Shown here one piece after another: positions 1 to 12,600 of a DNA stretch of 64,000 nt. Under the pieces are notes generated by a model that was given only the letters and a program-made list of their open reading frames with translations, was not told the DNA's origin and ran no database searches. The stretch is from positions 4,707,812-4,771,811 of the forward strand of contig NC_092675.1 in assembly GCF_964355755.1 (NCBI RefSeq), read 5' to 3'. The DNA comes from Antedon mediterranea (Eukaryota; Animalia; Echinodermata). The position numbers and the translations under genes were made by a program. Positions within the stretch are counted from its first letter, which is position 1; every line of letters begins with the position of its first letter.

Positions 1-247
1 AGCTAACTTTGTTTGATCTTTATCAAATTTACACTCATTCTTACCCCTGGTCTTTCACTGGCACAGAAACTGTTTCCCCTTCTTGATCCTCTATGACGAC
101 TACGCAAGTAGTTGATTTCATTGGCTTGTCTAGTGATTTCTGATTGCAAGACTTTGACAAGACTTTCTCGCTCTCTCAGACTCTCCTGCAAGGATTTCTC
201 ATCCCTTGCTTTCTTTTCTTGTGTTGTTTGACACTCTCTGGAAACTC
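1..247 (-). CDS. Uncharacterised coiled-coil protein, coding exon 7 (truncated by window edge)
   Basis: Acceptor tttcatttttcag at 249-248, phase 1. Reads GVSRECQTTQEKKARDEKSLQESLRERESLVKVLQSEITRQANEINYLR..., in frame with ORF 3..191, with a heptad-like pattern. Confidence 0.8.
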
Positions 248-452
248 CTGAAAAATGAAATGTGCAATATAATATAAGTTTTATAACTAAACAATAAAAG
301 AAAATTACACATGCTTATAAACTCATTAAACTACGGCCAATCCTTATTCTGGGACCATTATGTTAATAGGGGTTTGCAAAATGCTTTAAAAATGTTTGTG
401 GAAAGCTCATATATTTTTAGTAAGCTCCACAAAAACTATGCCAGAATTTTAC

Positions 453-581
453 CTTCAGCTTGTTTCTTGACAGCTTCAGTTGGTTTGAATCGTTCCTCCA
501 GTTGTTTCACTTCACTTTTGATAGTGCAGAGCTCTTGCTCCAGGGCAACGCCTATCGATGCATTACTCAGTCGATTTTCAT
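453..581 (-). CDS. Uncharacterised coiled-coil protein, coding exon 6
   Basis: Acceptor ttttaactttacag and donor GAAG|gtaaaa. 129 nt, phase 1-1, open: ENRLSNASIGVALEQELCTIKSEVKQLEERFKPTEAVKKQAE. Confidence 0.8.
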
Positions 582-912
582 CTGTAAAGTTAAAACGAAA
601 TTTAACATACATATTCATTTTTATCATCATCATTTAGGGCTGCGATAGTTTTCTTCATGAATGTTTAATAGATGGTGACAAAGTTATTTTTAAAGAAGAG
701 GCATGGAAAAAAAAATAAGCTGAGTAGAATAGAATACCTATTTACCTAAATGATTATTGCCATTTCAATCAAACTATAATTTAAATCAGTGAATTTCCCA
801 TTTTCATTGGAAATGATTCAATGTATAAGTTGCAATTGTTCTTATGAAAGCAACTAAGCAATAAGAATATATGTTGTAAGTGTTTACTGTGAAATGAAAA
901 CTATTTGCTTAC

Positions 913-1677
913 TAGTTATATCTGTTCCAAGCTGTGCTATTTCCTCCTGCATTTTCTGAATTTCTTCCGTTATCTGTTGCAAATTTGCAGTCTTATGATT
1001 TAATTCATTTGCCAATAATAAATTCATCTCCTCTAATTTTGTTATGTGACTTTCAGCTGTATCTACAATGTCCACCAAAATACCATCTTCCAAAATGCCA
1101 TTATCGTCCAACTTCACTTCACTGGCTGATGTATTATCGCTTGCAATGTTCATTGAAGGCACACTGTTCTGAGATGCACTATCTGTAGCTTGGTCAAGGT
1201 CTTCTTGTGAAGACCTGCCAGTTAATACTACATCAGGTGATGGTTCAATAACTGGTGATGTCTGACTGGTTGGCACAATATCCAGTGGTGATTGAACAAC
1301 TGCTGGTGTGGCATGTACGGTGACATATTGACCAACCAGCTCTAAATCGGTAGATGCACTACGTTGTGGTTGAGGGCGCATCATGGCCTGATGTTCCGCT
1401 TGGCTGTCTGACTTAACCCGAACTAATTGTTTCTTTTTTTGCAACTTTTCCCACTCCTTATACTTCATTTTAAAATCAGGAGTCAATTTGGACATGTCCA
1501 CTTTTTGACCAACATCCAATTGACCACTATCCCTGTCTGATGAATTTCTTTGTCCAAGATCAGGCGTGAGCTGATTTTCTGTTTTATCTTTCTTTGTATT
1601 TCTTGCATTGCGGTTTGGTTTTTTCCCAGATTTTCCTGTTTTCCTATTTTTCTTTGATGGTTTTTCTGGAGCTGTAT
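913..1677 (-). CDS. Uncharacterised coiled-coil protein, coding exon 5
   Basis: Acceptor ttttgttgttgcag and donor ACTA|gtaagc. 765 nt open, extending ORF 884..1519 upstream (TAPEKPSKKNRK...KLTPDFKMKYKEWEK...coiled coil). Confidence 0.85.
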
Positions 1678-1784
1678 CTGCAACAACAAAAAATAAATTT
1701 AATACAAATAATATAAACTACTAAAAATTTGGCCTGTACAATTTAATAGTTTGAAGAAAAAAAAGTTATGAAGTGAATATTTAT

Positions 1785-1860
1785 TTATTTATTTTATTTC
1801 AACAATATTTTACGAGGGTAATCCATCCAGTCAAAGTTGATCATTAGGGACTCTCACAAA
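1785..1860 (-). mobile_element. Retroposon 3' tail related to the tail of the SINE at 62133-62376
   Basis: Reverse complement gagagtccctaatgatcaactttgactggatggattaccctcgtaaaatattgtt + A-rich tail aligns with gagggtccctaatgatcagcaatagctggatggatcaccctcattaaaatatggtt(A)n at about 62310-62376. Confidence 0.6.
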
Positions 1861-4800
1861 AATGACGAGACACAAACATGTGACAATAAAAATTAAATTT
1901 AAATAAATAAAATATCAATCTAATATGATGGCATTAATGAACGCAAAGTGGAGTCTAAGTTCTAGACAACGAGTCGGCTTAATATTGGTAAAAAGATAAA
2001 CATTTTTGCAAACATGGCGTGTCATATGTATACTTGAGCTGGAAAAAAGTTAAAGGAATACTAAACAACATAAAAGACCAGAGACTTGGGGCAAGTCTAG
2101 CAAAGTGGGAACAATGGTGGTACTTGGATGAAGAAAGCTTTGGTATCAGCCATGGTCTATCTATGTTATCACATTACAATTTAATAGATCAAAGCACAGT
2201 GTGCAATAAATATATGAATAAGGTGTTCGGCTACTTGAATTGATAAAAGAGGAACTGAGAATTCTGTGGTTTAGGTTAGCTAGTAGGACATGATGCTCCC
2301 TGCAAGTGTTGGGTTGTTGATGGTATTTATCCAAGCATTCCTAGGATTGCGGGACTGCTGGCATAACTATATTGAAAAAAACTTGTAAATATCAAATGCT
2401 AGTATAAACTCATCTCCCGTCTTTGCCTTTTTCAACTCTCTCACACTTGAATAAAAAGATAATTTTATAATATGATAAGTTTATTTATTATTCAATGAAA
2501 TAAATGTTTAAACCTTGTCAATAAATAAATAAATGTTTAAACCCAAGTTTAATATCATGGGCCAGAAAAAGTGTCCAGTTTTCCGATTTAATTGACAAAT
2601 AACATTATTTTTTAGGGAAGTGTTGCAGAATCGTTAGTTGCTATTTTAGATTGAAAATCAGGTACCAGGAGATAATGCATACTGTAGTAGTAGACATGTA
2701 TATTGTTTATATGTAAGTTCCAAAATGTGACTGGACTGGATAACAGAGTACAATGCTTAGCAAAGATGGGCAGGGACCAGGGTGCATTCTAATATTAATT
2801 TTGATCTAATACCCACACACAGAATTTTAGTAATGTTTAAATATCTTGCAACATTTGAAACGTACCCTGAACTGTTGCAATGCCTATGTACCATATATTT
2901 GACTGATCATCACTTTCACCAGGGTCCTATACTGGTCACTAGGCCGATGTGTCATCAGTGTTTTAGTATTTTTTTTTCAGAAAAGATGAAGCTTTATATT
3001 ATTAAATGACCTTCATGGAAACAATTTCCCACAGTTTTTAGATTAATAGACAAATTGTGTATCTAAAACAATGAATAATTCATGGTCAATTTAAATAAGG
3101 CAATATATTTCACTATGTCCATTCACAGGGATACATCAACAATCATTCATTAGTCAATTTTATGATAACACACAAAACATCAACAATTCTCTAATTTTAC
3201 AATTCTTGTTAGCTGCCAACTGTCACCGGCAAAAGCCAAGTTTGCTCATGACATTATCAGATATGGTACATGATGATAAGCGAAAGAAAGTTTTAACTGC
3301 GAAGCATCCGTGGACTGCCACGGCCATCATGACACATATTTTGACTTTTATCTTGTTGTATGGTAATTGTGCGATATGGACCTTTATATGGTAGTAAGCG
3401 GTGTATGAAACACGATGGTATATTTATCTCTTTTCAGCGACAGATCCAGGATTTTAAAATAGGGGAAGGGGTGGGGGTGAGGTAGGGGAAAGGCTTGTGA
3501 AATAACGTCTGAACTCAATCTATATCCTATTTTTAGCATCGTTCCTTGAACTTGGACAAGATTATGCAGAATCTTGACAAGCTTCAACTGGACATGTGTT
3601 GCTTACAACAGGGTTTAACAGGTGCATGTCAGGAAGAATTTTTTTTATATAATCTCTGGACTTAATAAAAGGTGAAGGACAGATTTGGACTGGTCAAGCA
3701 TTAAAAAAAAAGACACTAAACTATGTGTAATTGAAATCACTATGGGGGTTGAGCTGCTTTTAGTATAAACCTGTTTGTTTGATTATTTTAAAATTTCCAG
3801 GCATTTTTGCATGGTCATCAGAAATATTACCATCAATAGTTACAGTCAGGATTATATTTTTTTTTGGTCCTGGGCATATCACATTGATGTTTTATCCATT
3901 TGTTGTTTGTATAAACGCATAGGTGTTTCAATAAGTTGTTTTCCTTTAGTGAAGGTGATGCTCACTTGAGCTTATGAACTTTTATAATAATTACAAGACA
4001 ACCAAGCATATTTACAGTAAGAAACAACAACTCTTATTAAATACAATATCACATTTAATTTATAAGTTTTAGGCTGATTATTTTACAAGATAACTTTTTG
4101 AGTTACTATAAGTATAAGATCTAATCTGAAATTTCTTGAAAACTCCATTGGTTCTTAATAATAACATACTATTGGTAATTGTCTGGGATTCATAGAAATG
4201 GAAATGATAGAAAAAGACCCATCACTAAAGATATCTGAATTTAATAAAATAATACTGTACTATACATTATAAAATGTCATTATTAATTGTACTATAGCTT
4301 TTGGCATGAGGACGATTATGTGCGCTCAGACACACGTTTTTGTTATATGCGAGATATCTGTCACAAGCCAGTTATCATGATAATCCTTTGGGATGAGGGT
4401 ATGCCAAAATCACGACGATAGCCATCAGCACCGAACAATCTTTACTTGAATCCTGAATTAATTTAATGTTTACTGCCAACTTCCATCAGATATCAAATGT
4501 GAATTTTAAAAGAATGAGTATGTATCAATGGGTCATATTTATTAAAACAATTTTTTGAAGAAAAAAGTGCAAAATGCAAGGAAATATTGAGTGTTTAGAA
4601 GGCTGGGGTTGTCTAGGAGGTGGATAATTGACAACATTGACTTTAACTTTTAAATCCGCTCAAATTGACAATTGAGGTCGTCCCTCTCCTTATTTGGTTA
4701 AATTGTAGATAAATTGAAAGATATTTAGTAAGCATAATAATTGCTATGACTAATATAAGATTGTTTGCCAGTATAATTCAATTATAGTTACAATAGATGA

Positions 4801-6140
4801 TGTAATTTGATTTGAATATAAAGTGTAGTCGATGAGTGGCCAAGCCAAGGGGTGTGGTGACTGTGTTTCAGGGATGTATCCAGGGTTTTGGTTAGAGGAG
4901 GTTTAGGTTTTATTAGATCCAGCTTTACTGCAAAGTAAAGTTGCAAAATAAATATCTGTGTGTATGTGTTAAATGAAAACTTGTTCATAGACTGTATATT
5001 CTGTGGTTGTGTACAGATAGATATATAGGGGGATTCCTATTCTCTCAATGATATTTGCTTTGTTTATAACAATGGGATAATTACTCATGGCTGGTAGTGG
5101 TACAAAATGGCTAGCAAAATGCTTGCCATCTACTATTTGAAATAGCTATCCAAAAAGTTAAATTATTATATGAGGTAGACTACCTACTACACAAGCATAG
5201 AAAGTGAGCAAATTAAATTATATTGAGTTAATAACTTTAATAAAATATATCTATGTTTATTATAATAATAGATGGTGACAGGTTGATATAGGCCTATAAT
5301 TAATTTATGAGTTAGTTAATTAACTTTCCTATGATAAGTTTAGGTAGTACTTAAATATTTAAAAAAATATATTTCTTAATGAGTTAAGAATTGGCATAGT
5401 ATATTAAGTTGGTTAATCATTCAATTTAAACATAATTGCCTACATAATGAAATAATGATTGGAATATGAAGTTATATGAAGGTATTCAAAGTGATTCAAT
5501 TTACTGTTAATTATATATGTTTTTTATTTGTTGTAACATGATATTATAGATGGGAAGGGAGTTTGCGCTTACAGCAGCAAGTTTGATCTTAAACTGGCTG
5601 TAAATCAGCATTTTTAACTTTCAGTCCGAGTATTAACTGCGGATTTCTGATAAAAAACTATGAACAAACGTTATCCCCATTCAAATATTGTTAAAAATAG
5701 TTGAATTATAACATTTCTCATGATCAACAAGATTCAAGATGACAATTTGTCTTCCTTTTGTAAGCAAATGCAAATGTCATGTTCAGAGGGGCAGGAGGTT
5801 CTTTACAACGAAATAAAATGTCAAAATAAAATGTAATATGATAAATGTCCATGAAAATCAAAGTTGACTCAGATTTGTATGCCAATAAAATACTGTAGTG
5901 AAGCATAGACTTCTTGGCAGTCTATCCAATAAATAAATTATTCACTTCACTGGTACCAGGAAGATGTAGATGGAAGTAAAGGCTGTAAATATTTCATTTC
6001 ATAGACAGATTATTAATTGATGTGAGCTTATATGTTGAATCTATCACGTATAATGGTAAAGATTATGATTAAAAATTCAATTTTAAGAGGGTAATATGTT
6101 ATTTCCATTTGCATAGAAGATGACAACATGCTTAACTCAC

Positions 6141-6320
6141 TGGTACTGCTTGTGTTTCCACTTAGTCTTTTTTTATCCCATTCTTTCATCAACTTGTTGA
6201 AATCAACTGGTAAACTTTTCTGTAGGCTTTGTATTGGGTCAGGACTGTTGACTGGAAGCTCTGCCTTATCTGGTAATAATAATGGGGGGCATTTAAGCAC
6301 TGATATTTGTTTATTAATTG
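6141..6320 (-). CDS. Uncharacterised coiled-coil protein, coding exon 4
   Basis: Acceptor ggtatag (exact position less certain) and strong donor ACCA|gtgagt. Phase 1-1, open: INKQISVLKCPPLLLPDK...SLPVDFNKLMKEWDKKRLSGNTSST. Confidence 0.75.
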
Positions 6321-8601
6321 CTATACCATGCGATTTATTAGAAAGAAAGATTGTTGAACTAGATTAGAAATTAAAAATAGAATGTTGAAAATGAAGTAGT
6401 GGAAAATGATAGAGAGAGAATAACATTGAAACTGAATCCGAAAATAAGAGGGATGAAGGTGAATAGAAACAAAAAGAAGAAGAAAACAGTTTGAATCTGT
6501 AGTAGATTTGAAAGGATAAAAATGAACACTGAAATGAAAGTAACAATCACACTCACAGTGTGATTTAACTATGATAGGATTATCTTCTGTAAAAATTAAT
6601 ACAACTTTATAATATTTATTATAAATCTATAAAAAAAACTAACTGAAAAAGATTGTTTATGTGACAAGAAATGAAAGAAAAGGCAATTGTTTTGTAGATG
6701 AAAAAGACTTTTACTACATAAACAAATCTTATAAATGAAAGATAGATAAAAGATAGATAAACATTGCAAGAAATACCAAAACAATTCAATATATGATAGT
6801 AATATACAAATTAATTCGTGCATAATTCATTCCTTGAAAAAGACAAAGCAACATTTAAATTTTTAAAAAACAAATATCGTAAAAATTTAGAAATAGGACA
6901 AGAAATACAATACACAAATTGTTTTTCTCCCAGGCATTTCCAATAATAGGCTATTATTAAGAGGAATGTGGTGATTAGGCTAAAAAATTGGAATTGGCCA
7001 ACAAAAACCCTTTGTGGTATCAATTGGATTTAACCCGGGAATTACTAGATTGGAAGTTGGTCAAGTGACTATAGCCGTAAGCTTATTGTAAAGTCTGCTT
7101 TAATTTCCACCTAATACAGCCAACCAAAAAGCTTTTCACTTTTTTTCCTATTCAAATTTGGTAATGTAGTTGTATTATATTGTCATGTGATGTTGAAATG
7201 AATGTTGCATTTAACCATGGAGAATGTATACCATAATGTGCAAGTATGCCCTCTATATGTTATACCTAGAAAATTGGTAAACGACAATGTGTGTGGTGTT
7301 CATGCCCGGTGGTGTTCACCAAATATGTACAATGTTGTGGTTGTTTTATCGAAAAACAATTATCTGTGAGAATTTTTACATACAAATAGACAAAGTTTTT
7401 TTTTTGTACTATGCAAATGTAGATATAAACAATACGCACAGAGTTTAAATCTACCCTAGGGATTGAATATTAAAGCAATTTCTCCCACATCTTGCTATAA
7501 TTTAATGGTTTGAAGTTTATCAAGTAGGTCATGCAAGATTATAATATAGATTATATATTGTAGAACATTAGTAAGTACAGTGTATTCTTGACAGCCTATC
7601 ATGTACATCACCAATTGGCATGTACCATGTGTATACAGTGTATGTGTAACTTCAATGTCTATCTATGTCAATCTAGTGCATCTGTTTCCCCATGTGTAAA
7701 CATATGCACTCCATACAGTATTGTAGGTAGTGTGTGCATGAATATGGGGCCCGGGGTGGGCTTAAAAATAGCTAATAAAATTATCAAAATGTGTCTACAT
7801 TTATGGCCTTGATCTACCTTCGATTAAGAAATCATGTCTCCTATGTATGGAAATGATACAACAGAATACAGTAAGTATACAACATGATGTACAGATAATG
7901 TGCAACAAATGGATGGTGCAATATAGATGATGATGTGTATGTAATGAATAGATAATCGTGTACGGATTAAACACAAACAAAACATATGTATGTGCTATAG
8001 TAAACATATAAAGAAACAAAATGTATGTGCAAATTGGTTGAAAGTGTCAAACGTTTACATATTCTTGCAATTACAATATGAAAACTACAATTATGGATAC
8101 AAACAAATATTTTCCATGCAAAATAAAAGGACAAACCCAAACATGCTCTAAAACATTTTCATTTAAATATTGATCGGTACTCTGAATGAACTTATTAAAT
8201 CAGTGAAAACTTTCTATCAAATTTGATTATGGCCAATTTAATGAATTCCCCAAAGTTGTTCTGCAATTTTACCAACTATGGCATGATTATGAAAAGCCTG
8301 TACTCTATATCATTAAATTAAATAATGTATTAATTTTGTTCAACATCTTAATTTTGATTTTTTATACTTAATCTTAAATGTTTTTGTTTATAGTTTGAAT
8401 TAGTTTAAAACAAAGCATGAAATTATTTTCATTCCGTAAGGTTTAAACTTTGCATTTATGTGCGAAATAGAACAAACAGAAAGTTATCAAAAATCGTGTG
8501 GACGTAACTATATGAACGTCTGTGTGTTGGCATGCAGTGACACATTCGACCTTATGCACCATGCATCCATTTACAGACAGACAGACAGTCACTTTACTTA
8601 C

Positions 8602-8679
8602 GAACATTGTCAGGGACAGAACGAGCAAGGGCCTGATTAGTGTCGCCAAGGGCAACATACCATGTGGTCGAAGGGAATT
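8602..8679 (-). CDS. Uncharacterised coiled-coil protein, small (possibly cassette) exon 3
   Basis: Acceptor ttttcaaatag and donor GTTC|gtaagt. 78 nt, phase 1-1, open: EFPSTTWYVALGDTNQALARSVPDNV. Locally GC-richer than the flanks. Confidence 0.6.
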
Positions 8680-10427
8680 CTATTTGAAAACAATCAAACT
8701 AAATGGTTAACAATTCTAATGGTTTACACCAAGAAAGTCATATTATTAGTAATGAAAACCAATGTTTAACAAATAGCTACTGTACTATGATCCGTATTTT
8801 ATTTAGTAATATTTGACCTTGTATGATAACATATCCTGTTGTACAGTATTATTCACAATGGGATGTATGTTTTTCCTCCAATTAATGTCATTTTAACAAC
8901 AGTACGGTAAATCCTTAAAACCCATGGTGAAGGTCCTTAGATGAGATTTTAAATAAGACACAAGTTATTTAAGAATTTTACAACTGTTGATTGCCACCAT
9001 GGTTGCACAGACAATATAAGACTTTACTCGCTCTTAAAAGTTCTTTTAAGTGAATTCCATTTTAAAATAAAATTAATACTTTATTAACATTCTGATATAG
9101 GATTAAGTAAAAATAAGTATCTGAAGAATAGTTCCAACATTCCAATGGATTACAATAACGCAGCTAAAAATAACAAATTTCTGTTGAAAGCTACCAATAT
9201 TATTCAGTTAGCAGGATTATCGATTAAAGATAATTAAATTATCAATTTAATTTTACTAGTTAAAAATGTATTTAAATTCCTGTACTGCTAAATTTCTATG
9301 ATAAAGGTACACTATGTACAGCAGGAAATTTGAGTGTTTTTTATTGTTCTTTTAGGATTCAGTGACTGTATATATTACAGCAAAAATTGTTTTAAAAAGT
9401 TACTGAAAATGATCACATATTGGTTGGAAACTGTTACAATTTATTTTCTTTTTTTTGCCAGAGCAGCATTTATTTTTTGGTTAACATTTTAAATAGGATA
9501 GCAACAGCATATCCAGAAAAATAAAAATTTTCAAATACTTTACATCTTTGGTTTCCAATCTTTCTACATACAAATTGACAGATTAGAGGTAAAAAAAATG
9601 TTTTCATGAATAAATTAGTTTAATAAAGCAGTTCGACAAAATGATTAAATTAAAAGCCTGCATTTCTGGTTGTCATTCTATGTGTTTGAACTTTCTAAAT
9701 GTACAAATGTGATAAGAACATCTAATTAAATTAAAATAATTAAATTTCCTGCAATACAATTAATTATTTGACGTTTACATCACTTAATTTTAAATATTTA
9801 CATCAATAAATTGGTGCTATCAAATTAATTAATTTAGTTGTAGTAAATGGTGACTGTAAAACATTGCCGAGAAGAAAATATCAAAGTCACCAGGAACCAA
9901 TCTTTTTTAATCAAGGTTATTTTAAAAATGTGATCATTATGAAAATAATATTACAATATGATGGAGATGATGCATGAAGTGATTCAAAAGATGTTTGTAG
10001 ATAATAAAGTTATGTTATTAATGCATAATTCTATATGATCATTATATAATGAAATGTTTTGCACTTTTTGCAATATATTTTTGTATGTTATTGTTACTAT
10101 CATCAGAAGAAACAAAAGAAAGAGAGGAATGGACTTGCTTGCAGTTTTTGCATGGTGGTGTGGATTTGTAACAGATAATTATGTAGATATGCAAGTAATA
10201 ATACAGTTATTCAAAACATGTTTTTATTTTAAAGACGTAATACAGCATTGTACTAATAACTCTGATACTTTAAATTAAGAGTGTGCAATACTGAAAATGA
10301 TATGCAATTTGTAATGTAAATTTCATTTTTAAAACACAGGCCGGTTTAAAATGTTGAAAAAAAATAAAATATCAATAAAAGAGTTGAAAAATGTATTGTT
10401 CTTTTAAATTTTAACTATTATAGTACA

Positions 10428-10701
10428 AGGAGATACGGGGGGGGGGGGGGGATGTTCCGAGAACGACCTCCAGTCAAGGTCTTGATTCCTCGATGGGATG
10501 TTAATTCAGTGAATTCTTCTCTTAGTTCTTAGACTTTGTGCTGTCTTCACAATAGTACGAAAGAAGTGGTAGTGGTCCCACGGGAGGGCGCTATAGCGGA
10601 CTGTCCTATTAATTAATTCTTCTTTTTGTAATTGTTTTTACACTTTGTGGAAAAGGGCTATTGTTGGGTTTATCCAGGTAAGCAGGCACGTAATAGACTT
10701 G
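10428..10701. mobile_element. Short retroposed insertion with 15-bp target-site duplication
   Basis: AACTATTATAGTACA at 10413-10427 and 10702-10716 flanks a GC-richer 274-bp segment with a poly-G run near its left end. Confidence 0.6.
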
Positions 10702-10947
10702 AACTATTATAGTACATGGAGGAAAAAGTAATATTGAGGGGAATAAAAATAAAAGAGTACCAGAAAAATACACTATTTATCACTTCATTCAACATGAGCC
10801 TTTAAGAATCCCCTTCATACAAAACATGTTGAACTTCTCAGAAAGAAAATAAAAATAAAATAATGCAAAATATCATAAAAACATAAGGCAAACACAGCAC
10901 ATAAAAGAAAGAATACTGATGATGTTGTTGTTCATGCACTATATTAC

Positions 10948-11088
10948 CTTTACTTAGTTCTGTTCCAGTGGCCAGCGTTACACTTTTACCAATTGGTACA
11001 TCTCTGGTACTTCCATTTAACTGTGTATCACCCTGGCCTGGTGGTTTATTGCGAATAAAATGTTTTATATGATCCCATCCAGACGTAA
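10948..11088 (-). CDS. Uncharacterised coiled-coil protein, coding exon 2
   Basis: Acceptor ttctatttgtag and donor AAAG|gtaata. 141 nt, phase 1-1, open: VTSGWDHIKHFIRNKPPGQGDTQLNGSTRDVPIGKSVTLATGTELSK. Confidence 0.8.
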
Positions 11089-11309
11089 CTACAAATAGAA
11101 CAATATTAAGTTAACTTTCTGAAAATACATGCTTGAGTGCCTCAAAATAATTTGTTTTTTACAAAGTCTGCTTTTATGAATGCATTTAAAAATAATAGCA
11201 ACTAATTTTATACTTTTTTTTCTAGCCGGCCGCAGCTTTTTGAAAAAGCCTATTGGACTTCCAGCTGGAGGGACTTTATTACTTAAAATAAAAAATACTA
11301 AATACCAAC

Positions 11310-12600
11310 CTTTTCCTCGCTTTTCATTTGATTTTGATTCAAGCGTACTTGAGGAAGCCAACATATCCGATGACGCACTTTTATTTTCAAGAAACCTTCT
11401 TTGCTTTTCACGGTTTGCTTGCTCATGCTGAAGAAATCCTGCCTGTATATCTGGTTGTGTATCAGATTTTTGCAACTGACTATTTTTCAGTTCTTTCTCG
11501 TTGTACTCAATCGCATCAAAGGATAACGTTCGTTTATGACCGCCGTAATCAGGTTCGTTTTGATCGTGTACGACACAAGACTGACGAGGGAGGTTAACTT
11601 TTTTATGTCGTGGAACACGTACGCCAGGTTCTCGTCTTTTTATTGAAGACTTCCTAGGAGATTCTAAAAGTTCATCATTAGAACTAGTTGAAGGGTCGCT
11701 TTCTTTAGTGTTAGAGAATCCATCACTATCTAACCGGCTTAATTGTTTATCAAACACATCTTCATCAGAGTTTTCACTTTTCTTCAAATCAGAATGATCA
11801 AAACTAGCATTTCCACTATCTTCAAAATGTTCATTTCCATTATAATTACTATCTTTTTTATTTCTTAATTTGTTTACTTTATTATCATCCATTTTAGTAC
11901 CTTGCTTTCTATTTTTTGTTATCTTGTGTACAAAATTTAAAAGTCCTTTTTTCCCCTCATCATCAAGAACCCTACCATGTGAGTGACTTCTTTTAGAGCC
12001 AGTAATTCTTGCTGCTGATCGTCCCTTGCGTTTTGTATTATTCCTCTCCCTTGCCGAATTAAAATCCTCTCCTGCTATGCTCTCCGGTTCGGAAACAACC
12101 TCTTCGGATTGCTGGTAATAGTCATCATAATTGTCATCAAATCTCGTAAACCTGTTACAATACTTTGTATTTATATTTTCATTGCGTAATCTTTCCAGAT
12201 CGTTCATTGCAATATGATAATTTGCATATTCTCTCAGTTTGGCATTTTGTTCGGTTAATGCACACATTTGTTCCATCATTTTAACAAGCCTATTCAATTG
12301 TTGCATGCCTTTACCATTGTCTGTATTTAGAACATGGGAATTGGAATTAGGTCGTGTGAACGGTACAGGAGTGTTTTCCGTTAACGGATCAAGGCGAGTA
12401 GATGACGATACGGATGACGAATCCAACGATTTCTGTCCCGGTGGGGATGCATTTTCCAAAAAGTTGTTATACAACGATTCAAAATCGCATGACGATTTAT
12501 TTGGCATATTTTCTTTGTCTGATTCAGAAGAAGTAGAAGGTGCACTTGTTCCGTTTGTCAGGGTAGGTGCACCCTTTGTTCCTAACCCAATGTCAGCCAT
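11310..12600 (-). CDS. Uncharacterised coiled-coil/disordered protein, first coding exon (exon begins 12661)
   Basis: Long ORF with ATG in good context (tcaagATGG) and an upstream acceptor tttacag at 12663-12662. Donor AAAG|gttggt at 11309 keeps frame with the next exon. Ser/Asp/Lys-rich with a coiled-coil segment (QQLNRLVKMMEQMCALTEQNAKLREY). Family not recognised. Confidence 0.85.

Noticed and set aside
7817-7839. Possible 23-nt microexon of the large gene (catag|...AAG|gtagat)
   Set aside because: It is not a multiple of 3 and has an in-frame TAA in the required phase.
11089-11309. C-terminal 73 aa of the 503-aa ORF
   Set aside because: This is read-through into an intron. Donor 11309 and acceptor 11089 give an in-frame splice to the next exon.
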